Positions 47,233 to 57,611 of a stretch of 64,000 nt of DNA are shown piece after piece. The notes below the pieces were generated by a model. That model searched no databases. It worked only from the letters and a program-made list of their open reading frames with translations, and was not told the DNA's origin. This stretch comes from Promethearchaeota archaeon (GTDB taxonomy: Archaea > Asgardarchaeota > Lokiarchaeia > Sigyniarchaeales > SOKP01): assembly GCA_030603385.1 (NCBI GenBank), contig JAUVXW010000009.1:62958-126957 (forward strand), in the 5' to 3' direction. Position numbers and translations under genes: made by a program. The first letter of the stretch is position 1, and every line of letters starts with the position of its first letter.

Positions 47233-48279
47233 ATTTTAACTAGTGAATTTTGGTATGTATTAGTAGTAGGACTTCTAATAGGCGCGATTTTTGGTTTTAT
47301 ATTACAACGTGGAAGATTTTGCATGAACTCAGCCTTTAGAGATATCATCTTGTTGAAAGAATTTAAATTAGCAAAAGCAGTACTTGTTTCATTAGCAGTT
47401 TTAATGATTGGTTTTGCATTATTTGTCTTCGGGGATGTTATTACTTTAGCTCCAAAAGGGTTTAAACCATGGAGTGCAATTGTTGGTGGCTTGGTTTTTG
47501 GAATTGGTATGGTTCTTGCAGCAGGATGTGCGAGTGGGACTACATATCGAGTAGGAGAAGGTATGATGGGTTCTTTTGTCGCAGCAATTGGATTGACTAC
47601 AGGTGCAATGATGACATTTTCAAATAAGGCAATTCCTGCCCTTTCAGGAATTTTAAGTGTAGCTAAATCTGACTTACAACATGTTCTAATTGGAGATAAA
47701 ACTCCGACAGGAAATGCACTTTTAATGCTTATTGTTGGCTTAGTGGGAATTGTATTAATGTTTATCTTCTGGGGATTACCGGCAATTAAGAAGAAAAGAG
47801 AAGCAAATGAACCAATGATAAAAACAGAGAATCTTGTAGATTCAACCTTTAAAAAGGCATATCCATGGTGGGTTACAGGTATTCTTATCGGAATAATATT
47901 AACCGCTGGTTATGTTGCTAGTAATGGCGTAATAGGTATTACTGGTGGCTGGATGGATATAGATACTTGGCTATTAACAAAAGATTCAGTTATGTGGGCC
48001 GGTTTTATAATCTTTGGTATTATTATTGGTGCTTTTGCAGGTGCTTATCTTGCTGGTGAATTCAAGTTTAGAGTCCCAAAGGATGGCTTTACGATAGTCA
48101 AACAATTTATCGGTGGCGGGTTAATGGGTTTTGGTGCTGTTGTCGCAATGGGGTGTAATATAACCAATATTTTAGGCGGTGTTCCACAACTTTCTTTACA
48201 TAGTATCGTAACAGGCGTATGTATAGTGTTTGGCTCATGGATTGCAGCTTATCTGTTGTTCATGTGGAGAAAAGATTAA
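47233..48279 (+). CDS. YeeE/YedE thiosulfate-transporter family membrane protein (extended upstream of ATG 47323)
   Basis: GFILQRGRFC lies upstream of the ATG; GMVLAAGCASG and GAVVAMGCN motifs. Confidence 0.88.
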   Translation: MLTSEFWYVLVVGLLIGAIFGFILQRGRFCMNSAFRDIILLKEFKLAKAVLVSLAVLMIGFALFVFGDVITLAPKGFKPWSAIVGGLVFGIGMVLAAGCASGTTYRVGEGMMGSFVAAIGLTTGAMMTFSNKAIPALSGILSVAKSDLQHVLIGDKTPTGNALLMLIVGLVGIVLMFIFWGLPAIKKKREANEPMIKTENLVDSTFKKAYPWWVTGILIGIILTAGYVASNGVIGITGGWMDIDTWLLTKDSVMWAGFIIFGIIIGAFAGAYLAGEFKFRVPKDGFTIVKQFIGGGLMGFGAVVAMGCNITNILGGVPQLSLHSIVTGVCIVFGSWIAAYLLFMWRKD

Positions 48280-48302
48280 ACATTGGAGATGATTAATTAA
48301 AA

Positions 48303-48665
48303 ATGGGAAGACTGGGAATTCTTTTTTTCAATGGGCCTTACCAAGCACAATCTTCAGAGACAGTAGTGAAATTAGCAAATGCAGCATTAGATAAAGGGCA
48401 TGGCGTGCATATATTTTGTTATATGGATGCAGTTAATGCAGCTTTAGAAAATCAAAAAAATGTTGAAGGGATCTATAATATCGAAGAGGGATTTAAGGAA
48501 ATCCTCGAGAAAGGAGCAACTGTAAGGTTATGCAATCTCTGTTTATTGGTTAGAGGCACTATGAAAAATTGTTTAAAAAGAGAATGTGGTGACGTTAAGA
48601 GAGCGGGAACACCTGATCTGGCAAAGATTATTGAAGAGACCGATCGATTAGTTGTAATATGCTGA
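48303..48665 (+). CDS. DsrE/TusD-like sulfur relay protein
   Basis: NGPY, FCYMDAV, CNLCLLVRG. Confidence 0.85.
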   Translation: MGRLGILFFNGPYQAQSSETVVKLANAALDKGHGVHIFCYMDAVNAALENQKNVEGIYNIEEGFKEILEKGATVRLCNLCLLVRGTMKNCLKRECGDVKRAGTPDLAKIIEETDRLVVIC

Positions 48666-48674
48666 GGTGATATC

Positions 48675-49019
48675 ATGTCTGAAGAAAAAGAGATAGTTAT
48701 ACTTTTACGGCAACCTCCTCATGGTATTTTGTACCCTGTTGAAGGTTTAAGGATGTCAGTTGCTGTGAGCGGAGATTTTGAACCAATAACTGTAGCGATT
48801 AACGATGGAGTGTATACATTTCTCAAAGATGTAGACAAAACTATGTATTCAATGCACATTAACTTTTTAGAAGATATAGATTTGGAAATCTATGTGGATA
48901 AAAAATCACTTGATGAGCGTGGACTCACCAAAGACGATTTAATTGACAGCGTTGAAATTAAGGAGCATGGAGAGATTTTAAAAATTATTCAAAATTCAAC
49001 GGTTACCATACCATTTTAG
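48675..49019 (+). CDS. DsrF/TusC-like protein
   Basis: RQPPHG...EGLR...DGVY...SLDERGL. Confidence 0.85.
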   Translation: MSEEKEIVILLRQPPHGILYPVEGLRMSVAVSGDFEPITVAINDGVYTFLKDVDKTMYSMHINFLEDIDLEIYVDKKSLDERGLTKDDLIDSVEIKEHGEILKIIQNSTVTIPF

Positions 49020-49033
49020 GAGGTGTAGAAGTA

Positions 49034-49333
49034 ATGGGCAAAAAAGTTTTATATTTTATTTCAAGTGAAGATATAACAGGAATACAACTTGCTATGGAAC
49101 ATACAGATGAAGATGACGTTACTATATTTTTACTCCAGAACGCTGTCTATTTCGCAAATAAATCTAACGCAACAGTTTCCCAAGCTTTAAATCAAAAGAA
49201 AACAGTAGCAGCATGTAAAGAAGACATCGATGTTCGAGGTTTAAACAATTTCATTTCTGATAAAATAAAATTAATTTCATCTAGCGATGTTATTGATTTG
49301 ATTTTTGAAAGTGAAACTATTATAAATATGTAG
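49034..49333 (+). CDS. DsrH/TusB-like protein
   Basis: LLQNAVY...EDIDVRGL. Confidence 0.82.
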   Translation: MGKKVLYFISSEDITGIQLAMEHTDEDDVTIFLLQNAVYFANKSNATVSQALNQKKTVAACKEDIDVRGLNNFISDKIKLISSSDVIDLIFESETIINM

Positions 49334-49435
49334 TTAAATAAATCGAAACACTTCTTTTTTTTTTACATAATTATTTTTATATTGTACTTGTTTTATAACC
49401 TAAATTCTTTTAATTTTTGTTTCAATCTTGCATTT

Positions 49436-50488
49436 ATGAGTAAAAAAAAAGAGAGTTTAGATGTAATCCGTTTGGCACATGGAGCTGGTGGAGTTTTACA
49501 AGAAAAATTAATAGATTTCATTACAAAAAATATTCCACTTAAAAAAGTAAATAATGGTATTGGTGTTGAAGAATTAGATGATGGTGCTACAATCCCTTTA
49601 GATAACTATAATAAAGAAATTGTTGTTACTGCAGATGGGCATACGGTTTTTCCTTTATTTTTTCCTGGTGGAGATTTAGGAACTTTAAGTGTGTGCGGTA
49701 CTGTAAACGATCTTTTAATGATGGGAGCAGAACCTGTTGCTCTAACCTCTATGATAATTATTGAAGAAGGATTCGAATTTGAAAAATTAGGAAAATTAGT
49801 TAATTCGATGAATTTGAAATCGAAGGAAGCAAACATTGCGATAATTGCGGGAGATACTAAAGTAATGCCACGGGGTACATTAAATGAAATGATAATAGCC
49901 ACAACTGGTATTGGAATTAAAGATAAAAAAATCAAGGTTTTAGATAATCATCTAAAAGCTGGGGATAAGATTATTTTAACTGGAAGTATTGGAGATCATG
50001 GAACCGCATTAATGGCTTCTCGAGAAGGTTTAAATATTTCCACTAATTTAAAATCAGACTTATCATTGTTAATTGATATTTATAACGCGATTCAATTCGA
50101 AATTAATAATAACTTAATTCATGCAATGAAGGATCCTACTCGTGGTGGTATTGCTGGAGCATTAAATAATTGGGCAGAAAAATCTAATGTGAGTATCTGG
50201 ATTGAAGAAGAAAAAATTCCAATTAAGAAGCAAGTTGTCGCGATATGTGATATGTTAGGTTTAGATTCTTACAATATAGCATGCGAAGGAAGGGCTCTCT
50301 TAGCGGTTGATCCCGTAAATTCAAAAATAATTTTAAAAAAAATAAAATCTACTCAGATTGGGAAAGACGCTGAAATAATTGGAGAAGTGAAATCTGAGAA
50401 TCCTAAAAGAGTTTTTTTAGAAACAATTGTGGGGGGCACCAGATTTATAGATATGCCCTTAGGAGAACCAATCCCTAGGATTTGTTAA
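49436..50488 (+). CDS. hypE: Hydrogenase maturation protein HypE; start moved to ATG 49436
   Basis: LAHGAGG, PLFFPGGDLG, DPTRGG, C-terminal PRIC. Confidence 0.96.
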   Translation: MSKKKESLDVIRLAHGAGGVLQEKLIDFITKNIPLKKVNNGIGVEELDDGATIPLDNYNKEIVVTADGHTVFPLFFPGGDLGTLSVCGTVNDLLMMGAEPVALTSMIIIEEGFEFEKLGKLVNSMNLKSKEANIAIIAGDTKVMPRGTLNEMIIATTGIGIKDKKIKVLDNHLKAGDKIILTGSIGDHGTALMASREGLNISTNLKSDLSLLIDIYNAIQFEINNNLIHAMKDPTRGGIAGALNNWAEKSNVSIWIEEEKIPIKKQVVAICDMLGLDSYNIACEGRALLAVDPVNSKIILKKIKSTQIGKDAEIIGEVKSENPKRVFLETIVGGTRFIDMPLGEPIPRIC

Positions 50489-50844
50489 TCATTATTTCTA
50501 TCCTTATCCTTTTTCCTTATAATTTGCTCAATACTATTTTTAAGAGTTGATATGTCTTTCTTAGCTGTATTCCATATTTCTTTTAGATCCACTATGAAAT
50601 ATCCATGGATTAATTTATCTCTCATTCCCGCTATTTTTAGCCAAGGTATAATTTTAAAAGTTTTTCTTAGATCATCAGTAATATTCTTTGTAGCTTCTCC
50701 AATTATTTCAAGTTCTCTAATTACGGCACTTTGAATCAAGCGTGTTTTTTTGAAAGTCTCAAAATCAACATTCGTGGTAAATTCTATAATGTGTGTACAT
50801 GAATCAAGTATATGATTTAAAAAAAGGTTATTTTTATCACTCAT
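50485..50844 (-). CDS. HepT-like (DUF86/HEPN) RNase toxin
   Basis: LEIIGEA...IPW...GMRDKLIHGYF (RX4HXY). Confidence 0.9.
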   Translation of the reverse strand: MSDKNNLFLNHILDSCTHIIEFTTNVDFETFKKTRLIQSAVIRELEIIGEATKNITDDLRKTFKIIPWLKIAGMRDKLIHGYFIVDLKEIWNTAKKDISTLKNSIEQIIRKKDKDRNND

Positions 50845-51140
50845 TCATAAATCACAATTGCTTCTTTCAATACTTGATCTTTAATATATGGGCTTATTCC
50901 ATTACGAGATAATAGATCAATTTTCATATTCAAAGCTTCAGATAATTCAATTTCTATACCAACATGATCTAATAAACTAGTTCCGTCAGGAAACTCTACA
51001 ATCAGGTCTAAATCACTTTTTGGTGTTGCTTCATTGCGAGCATAAGATCCAAATATTGATATTCTTTTAATACCATGTTTTACAAGAATTGAAATTATCT
51101 TTTTTCTAATCTCTTCATTTAATTGTATCTCTGTATTCAT
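50841..51140 (-). CDS. Minimal nucleotidyltransferase antitoxin (MNT)
   Basis: FGSYARNEATPKSDLDL. Confidence 0.9.
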   Translation of the reverse strand: MNTEIQLNEEIRKKIISILVKHGIKRISIFGSYARNEATPKSDLDLIVEFPDGTSLLDHVGIEIELSEALNMKIDLLSRNGISPYIKDQVLKEAIVIYE

Positions 51141-51278
51141 TTTGTATCACCACTAATTTATTTTGATAATGTTTTAATTATAGAGAAAAAATATCTTAAA
51201 TAACTTCTACTATAAATAAAGATAATTTACATTATTATAATTTGCTTAACTTTCAAAAAATTTTGTTTAGATAATATA

Positions 51279-52391
51279 ATGAATATTCCCGAATTAACTA
51301 TCCTTAAAAGTAAGGCATTTACAAATAAGATTATAAAATCAATCAATAAATTAGTAAAAGATATCAGTAGACAACTTAAATTTATGCACGTTTGTGGAAC
51401 CCATGAGCATACAATTTCTAAATACGGATTAAGAACTCTTTTACCTAAAGAATTTGAAATTTTATCAGGTCCAGGATGTCCAGTTTGCATTTGTCCTGCT
51501 GCTGATATTGATAAAGCAGTTGAACTTGGAAAAAGAGATGATACTATTATAACCACCTTTGGAGATATGATACGAGTTCCTGCAACAAATATATCTTTAG
51601 CTGAACTTAAAGCAAAAGGTGCTGATGTTCGAATAGTATATGGACCCAATGATGCAGTAAGAATCGCTAAAGAGAATCCAGGCAAAGAAGTGGTATTTTT
51701 TGCTATAGGGTTTGAAACTACAGTTCCTTTAATTGGATATGAATTACAATCTGGTCCCCCCTCAAATTTCTCAGTAATTTGTGCCCTAAAACTAATCCCA
51801 GCGGCTCTAGAACTCTTAATGAGTCAATCCCAGTTAAGAATAGATGGTTTTATATCTCCTGGGCATGTTTCAACTATAATTGGCTTAAAACCATATGAAA
51901 TTTTTTCCCAAGGATATAGAATTCCTAATGTGATTTCTGGATTTGAGCCAAACGATGTTTTACTTTCAATACTGATGCTTTTAAAGCAAGTGAGAGATAA
52001 AAAATATGATACGATAAATGAATATTCAAGAGTGGTGAAGTCTGAAGGAAATTTGATTGCCCAAAAAATTATAGAAGAAGTTTTTCAGTCTGTTTCATCA
52101 CCATGGAGGGGAATTGGAAGGGTGAATGATGGTGGATTAGTCATCAGAGAAAAATATAAAGAATTTGATGCTGATAAAAAGTTTGATATAACAATCGAAA
52201 AATCTCAAGATATCCCTCCTGACTGTTCTTGCCACTTAATAATGGTTGGAAAACTTTACCCTTATGAATGTAAATTATTTAGAAAAGAATGTACTCCACT
52301 TAACCCCATTGGACCTTGTATGGTTTCTATGGAGGGTACTTGTAGTATTTATTACAAATATCATAGTGACAATGACATAATAAAATATTAG
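51279..52391 (+). CDS. hypD: Hydrogenase maturation protein HypD
   Basis: VCGTHE, GPGCPVC, GFETT, PGHVS, CMVSMEGTC. Confidence 0.97.
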   Translation: MNIPELTILKSKAFTNKIIKSINKLVKDISRQLKFMHVCGTHEHTISKYGLRTLLPKEFEILSGPGCPVCICPAADIDKAVELGKRDDTIITTFGDMIRVPATNISLAELKAKGADVRIVYGPNDAVRIAKENPGKEVVFFAIGFETTVPLIGYELQSGPPSNFSVICALKLIPAALELLMSQSQLRIDGFISPGHVSTIIGLKPYEIFSQGYRIPNVISGFEPNDVLLSILMLLKQVRDKKYDTINEYSRVVKSEGNLIAQKIIEEVFQSVSSPWRGIGRVNDGGLVIREKYKEFDADKKFDITIEKSQDIPPDCSCHLIMVGKLYPYECKLFRKECTPLNPIGPCMVSMEGTCSIYYKYHSDNDIIKY

Positions 52392-52458
52392 CTTTTTTTT
52401 ATAGCGATTATTAATTAATTTAGATTTAAATTATATATGAAAATTCAAATATAGCTAA

Positions 52459-54864
52459 TTGACAGATTATAAAACTACCGAAATTATTATAACTGGAATT
52501 GTCCAAGGAGTAGGGTTTAGGCCTTTTCTATATAACTTAGCTCGTTCCTTGAACCTAAATGGATATATATTAAATAGAGGGAACGCTGGTGTTAGATTGG
52601 TTTTACAAGGGTCTTCCCAAATTTTAAGAAAATTTTTAGAAGAAATCGAGTTAAAGAAACCCAAAATTTCATATATAGAAAATATTGAAGTAAATTATTT
52701 AGAGAATTCACAAGAGTTTAAGACTTTAGAAATTCAAAAAAGTGAACAAGGCCGTGGAGTTAGTTTAACACTTCCGCCAGATATTGCAATCTGTAATGAT
52801 TGTTTAAGAGATATGCGTAGTCCTCAAAAAAAAAAGTATTATAACTATCCATTCATTGCGTGTGCTGAGTGTGGTCCGAGGTTTACTACTGTAACTGAAT
52901 TACCTTATGATAGAGAACGCAGCACAATGATTGAATTTCCATTTTGTATGCAAGCAGAACCAGAATCTTGCGTTCAAGAATATTCAGATTTCAATAACAG
53001 GAGGTTTCATGCCCAAACCTTTGCGTGTTCTGTGTGTGGACCACATTATAAACTTTTTAACAAACAGAGAGAAATTCTTAAATATGATTCAATAGAAGCT
53101 ATTTTGCAGGAAACAGCTAAAAGAATAAATGAAGGTAATATCGTTGCAGTTAAGGGTATAGGAGGAGTTCATTTAGTTTGTTTAGCTGATAATGATGACA
53201 TTATCCTTAAATTACGTAAAAGGAAGGGTGAAAGAAAGTATAAACCTTTTGCCTTAATGGTTCCAAATTTAAAAATTATTGAAAGTATTTTAAAGATATC
53301 TGAAAAAGAAGGAGAACTCTTGAATTCATATCGTAGACCTATTGTTCTTTTAGAGAGAAGGACTCCAAATGATAATTCAATAATTAGTAAAGAAATTGCT
53401 CCTGGGTTGAATAATGTTGGAATAATGCTTTCTTATTCTGGTATACATCATCTTTTATTTGATTATATTGGAAATAAACCATTAGTTTATACCAGTGGAA
53501 ATAAATCTTATATTCCTATGGCAATAGATAACATAAAAATCTTTGATCAACTTCAAGATCTTGCTGATGTTTTTCTCCTTCATAATCGACCAATTTATCA
53601 AAGAGCTGATGATAGTGTTTTAAGAATCCATGACGATAAAGTAAAATTAATTAGGCGTTCTAGAGGTTATGTCCCTGAATATTTACCTTTATCATTTGAA
53701 GTAGATGTTCCAGGTGCAATTGCTACAGGACCCCTATTAGCAGCAACTGGAGCTATATTGAGGCGGAACAGGATTTTTCCTACACAACATATAGGTAATG
53801 TTTCTCATTTGGAAACATATGAATTTCTTAAGAATGCTCTTTTTCACATGAAAACTCTTCTACAAATAAATGATTCTGAAATTAAATTTATTGCATGTGA
53901 TGCCCATCCAGAATTTATTACAACTAAGTTAGCTAGAGAATTCAGTATTCAATTCAAATGTGATCTTTATAGAATACAACACCATTATGCTCACATTTTA
54001 GCCTTGATGGCTGAAAATAATGTAAAAAAGAACGAAAGTATAATAGGAATATCTACTGATGGAGTTGGATACGGGGAAGATGGAAATATATGGGGTGGTG
54101 AAATACTACTATCTTCTTATTATGATTATAAACGTTTAGGTCACCTAGAATATCAACCAATGATTGGAGGAGATCGATGCACGAAATATCCTGCTCGTAT
54201 GACAGCCTCAATTATACTAAATTCACTAGGAGTAGAGAAATCAACCAAAATCTTTAAGAAGATAAAATTAGAAAATGATCTTGAATATAAAAATACTGAA
54301 TTAGAGACTTTAATTTCTCAGTTCAAGCAGGCAGAAAATCATTTTCCATCTCAAAATATCCCTTTAACAAGTTCTACAGGAAGAATTTTCGATTCTATAT
54401 CATATCTTTTAGGTGCCGCAAATTTAAAAACTTATAGAGGAGAACCTGCTATGAGACTTGAAGGGATGGCTATAAAAGGAAATCCTGATAATGTTGAGTT
54501 AAAAATAGGATTCATAAAGAAAAATGGAATGTATAAAATTATAACATCAGATCTAGTACTAGAGATAATTACTTTGTTAGAAGAAGGTAAATTTAAAAAT
54601 GAGGATATTGCTGCCAGATTTCAAATTGAGTTTGGAAAAACCTTTGCTGAAATAGCCATAAAACTTGCTAATGAAAATGGTGTAAAAAAAATAGGATTGA
54701 CGGGAGGTGTTGCATATAATTATTTTTTCTCTAAAGCCATAAAGGAGGAAGTTCTTCACTCAGGTCTGATTTTTTTGGAACATAATATTGTCCCTCCGGG
54801 GGATGCTGGAATAAGCACAGGGCAATTAATTGGTGGCTTATTTAAATATTATACTCAGAATTAA
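52459..54864 (+). CDS. hypF: Carbamoyltransferase HypF
   Basis: GIVQGVGFRPF, zinc fingers, QHHYAH, PPGDAGIS. Confidence 0.97.
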   Translation: MTDYKTTEIIITGIVQGVGFRPFLYNLARSLNLNGYILNRGNAGVRLVLQGSSQILRKFLEEIELKKPKISYIENIEVNYLENSQEFKTLEIQKSEQGRGVSLTLPPDIAICNDCLRDMRSPQKKKYYNYPFIACAECGPRFTTVTELPYDRERSTMIEFPFCMQAEPESCVQEYSDFNNRRFHAQTFACSVCGPHYKLFNKQREILKYDSIEAILQETAKRINEGNIVAVKGIGGVHLVCLADNDDIILKLRKRKGERKYKPFALMVPNLKIIESILKISEKEGELLNSYRRPIVLLERRTPNDNSIISKEIAPGLNNVGIMLSYSGIHHLLFDYIGNKPLVYTSGNKSYIPMAIDNIKIFDQLQDLADVFLLHNRPIYQRADDSVLRIHDDKVKLIRRSRGYVPEYLPLSFEVDVPGAIATGPLLAATGAILRRNRIFPTQHIGNVSHLETYEFLKNALFHMKTLLQINDSEIKFIACDAHPEFITTKLAREFSIQFKCDLYRIQHHYAHILALMAENNVKKNESIIGISTDGVGYGEDGNIWGGEILLSSYYDYKRLGHLEYQPMIGGDRCTKYPARMTASIILNSLGVEKSTKIFKKIKLENDLEYKNTELETLISQFKQAENHFPSQNIPLTSSTGRIFDSISYLLGAANLKTYRGEPAMRLEGMAIKGNPDNVELKIGFIKKNGMYKIITSDLVLEIITLLEEGKFKNEDIAARFQIEFGKTFAEIAIKLANENGVKKIGLTGGVAYNYFFSKAIKEEVLHSGLIFLEHNIVPPGDAGISTGQLIGGLFKYYTQN

Positions 54865-54926
54865 AATTATCTTTAAATGATAGGTAATCTTACTTCTTTT
54901 AATTCTAAAATATATGTGAATTAGAA

Positions 54927-55985
54927 ATGATCCTAAATGATGAGCATAGGGAAGATTTAATAAAGATTGCTAAAAAATTAATAAGAAAACCACATTCGAT
55001 TCCAACAGACGAAAATGAAGAGCCTACGGAAACGTATATTGAATATTTAAGCCTTATGTATAATCCTGAAATCGCGAAACTAGTTCAATATCTTCCCGTT
55101 TTTCCTGAGGGGATACATATCGCAAAATTCGCTAATCTGGTTAATATTGATAAAAAAGAATTAATTAAAAAACTTGACGAAGTTAGTAAGAAACGATTTG
55201 TTGTGACACTTGGAAGACAATATGCTTTACCTGATCCTTTTATGATGTATGATGTTCCTTTCATTGTCAAAGAGAATTATGAAGGGCCTGATGCGAAAAA
55301 ATTTGCTGATTTAAGCAGAAAATTTTTCATTGAGGATAAGTACTATAAAAAATGGGAGACTTCTTGGAAGGGTACACCATATATGAGAGTTTTAACCGTT
55401 AGCGAGGAAATTGACCCAGAACATGAAATCATGCCTTTAGAAGAAGTATATAGCATTATTGATAACCATAGCTCTTTTGCGATAATTGATTGTCCATGCC
55501 GATTAAGAGCAGGGATTAGTGGTGTGAGAAAATGTACTGATAAATATCCACTTCATAACTGCCTTCAAATAGGTCCTGCTGCTGAATATATTGGCGCTAA
55601 AAAAATCTCTAAGGAAGAAGCTAAAGAAATAATGAAGCAATCTGCAGAAGTAGGTCTAGTACTGACAACTGATAATACAGCGAAATTTACTAGTGTGATA
55701 TGTTCGTGTTGTGAATGTTGTTGTGGAATGTTGAGAGGATTAACTGAATTTGATAATCCAAGAGCGATCGCTAAAGCGAATTTTATATCGAGCATCGATG
55801 AGGATGCTTGTACAGCATGTGAAACTTGTGTGGAACGGTGCAAGTTTAACGCAATTACTGTAGATGACTTTGCTAACGTGAATGCTAAAAAATGTATAGG
55901 GTGCGGTTTATGCGCTGTTACGTGTCCAAGTGATGCGATAACGATGAAAAGATTTGAAAGAGAAAGTATACCGGGTTTGTCATAA
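54927..55985 (+). CDS. 4Fe-4S dicluster-domain protein
   Basis: CPCR, CSCCECCC, CTACETCVERC, CIGCGLCAVTCP. Confidence 0.85.
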   Translation: MILNDEHREDLIKIAKKLIRKPHSIPTDENEEPTETYIEYLSLMYNPEIAKLVQYLPVFPEGIHIAKFANLVNIDKKELIKKLDEVSKKRFVVTLGRQYALPDPFMMYDVPFIVKENYEGPDAKKFADLSRKFFIEDKYYKKWETSWKGTPYMRVLTVSEEIDPEHEIMPLEEVYSIIDNHSSFAIIDCPCRLRAGISGVRKCTDKYPLHNCLQIGPAAEYIGAKKISKEEAKEIMKQSAEVGLVLTTDNTAKFTSVICSCCECCCGMLRGLTEFDNPRAIAKANFISSIDEDACTACETCVERCKFNAITVDDFANVNAKKCIGCGLCAVTCPSDAITMKRFERESIPGLS

Positions 55986-56093
55986 CCATTAGTTTTTAAC
56001 TCTATATTAAGCCAATTAAAAAGTATTTTAATAATATTTATTTTAGTACATTTTTTGAATTACTTAAGTCTTCGAAAATTAAGATTTCTTATC

Positions 56094-56909
56094 ATGCCAT
56101 TAACTAAACGTATTATACCTTGTTTAGACGTAACAAACAATAGAGTAGTTAAAGGTACGAAATTCATTGATATAAAAGATGCCGGAGATGCTATTGAATT
56201 AGCACGATTTTATGATGAAAATGGAGCTGATGAGCTAGTTTTTTTGGATATCACTGCATCTTCAGATAAGAGAAAAATATTGATAGAATTAGTTGAAAAA
56301 ACTGGTGAACAAATATTTATTCCCTTTACTGTGGGTGGCGGATTAAGAACTGTACAAGACATTAAAGAAATTTTAAGAGCAGGAGCAGATAAGGTTTCTG
56401 TGAACACTTCTGCTGTTCAAAATTCTGAATTGATAACTGAAGGAGCAAAAATATTTGGATCCCAATGTATTGTAACAGCTATAGATGCTAAAAGAGTTTA
56501 TGTAGAATCTCCAGAAGAGGCGCAACAAAATGTAGTTATTAAAGTAGATGATAAATATTGTTGGTGGGAGGTTTATATTAATGGCGGAAGAACTCCCACA
56601 GGAAAAGACGCTATTTTATGGGGTGAAGAAGCTACTAATTTAGGAAGTGGTGAAATTCTATTGACTTCTATGGATTGTGACGGAACTAAAAATGGATATG
56701 ATTTAGAATTAACAAGAGCTTTTAGTGAAGGATTAGATGTTCCAATAATTGCTTCAGGCGGTGCAGGAAGTCCTCAGCATATTATAGATGTATTTAAACT
56801 TGGTAAAGCTGATGCTGCATTAGCGGCTTCGATTTTTCACTATAATGAATATCCAATTGAGGTAGTTAAACATGAATGTAATAAAGTTGGAATCCCTATG
56901 AGGTTATAA
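56094..56909 (+). CDS. hisF: Imidazole glycerol phosphate synthase cyclase subunit
   Basis: [32 protein letters not shown]. Confidence 0.97.
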   Translation: MPLTKRIIPCLDVTNNRVVKGTKFIDIKDAGDAIELARFYDENGADELVFLDITASSDKRKILIELVEKTGEQIFIPFTVGGGLRTVQDIKEILRAGADKVSVNTSAVQNSELITEGAKIFGSQCIVTAIDAKRVYVESPEEAQQNVVIKVDDKYCWWEVYINGGRTPTGKDAILWGEEATNLGSGEILLTSMDCDGTKNGYDLELTRAFSEGLDVPIIASGGAGSPQHIIDVFKLGKADAALAASIFHYNEYPIEVVKHECNKVGIPMRL

Positions 56910-56912
56910 AAT

Positions 56913-57542
56913 ATGCCATTTAATATTGCCATTATAGATTATGAGATGGGAAATCTTAAGAGTATCTATAAACTTTTTCGCTATTTAGAGGGTAAAAGTA
57001 CTATTACTTCAGATCCAAAAAACATCAAAGATGCTGATGGGGTGATTCTACCAGGAGTTGGAGCGTTTGGAGATGCGATGAAACATCTAAATGAAAAAAA
57101 CTTGATTACTACAATTGAAGATATAGTAAAGGAGAAAAAGCCATTATTTGGCATATGCCTTGGATTGCATCTATTATTTTCCCAAAGTTCTGAAATGGGA
57201 AAACATAAGGGATTAGATATGGTTAAAGGTAGAGTAATTTCATTTGATAAAAAAAAAGTAGATAAAATCCCTCAAATCGGGTGGAACAATGTTCAAATTT
57301 TAGATGAAAACCATTTTTTAGTTAAAGAAATTCCAAATAACGCCTATTTCTATTTTGTGCATAGTTTTTATGCTATTCCCAAAGAAAAAGAAACTATACT
57401 CGGTAAAACAAATTATGGAGAAACTGAATTTTGTTCTATAGTTTGTAAGGATAATATTATCGCTACTCAATTTCATCCTGAAAAATCGGGTAAATATGGT
57501 ATAAAAATGTATCAAAATTTTATCCATTATTGTAGGAAATAA
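56913..57542 (+). CDS. hisH: Imidazole glycerol phosphate synthase glutaminase subunit
   Basis: LPGVGAF, GICLG, QFHPEKS. Confidence 0.97.
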   Translation: MPFNIAIIDYEMGNLKSIYKLFRYLEGKSTITSDPKNIKDADGVILPGVGAFGDAMKHLNEKNLITTIEDIVKEKKPLFGICLGLHLLFSQSSEMGKHKGLDMVKGRVISFDKKKVDKIPQIGWNNVQILDENHFLVKEIPNNAYFYFVHSFYAIPKEKETILGKTNYGETEFCSIVCKDNIIATQFHPEKSGKYGIKMYQNFIHYCRK

Positions 57543-57611
57543 GTTTTAGCTTAGTAGATTAATAAATTAGTTTAAAAATCTTTTATCTAACTTATACATG
57601 GAGGAAAAATT

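Noticed and set aside
51227-51685. 152-aa minus-strand ORF
   Set aside because: Antisense to well-supported hypD.
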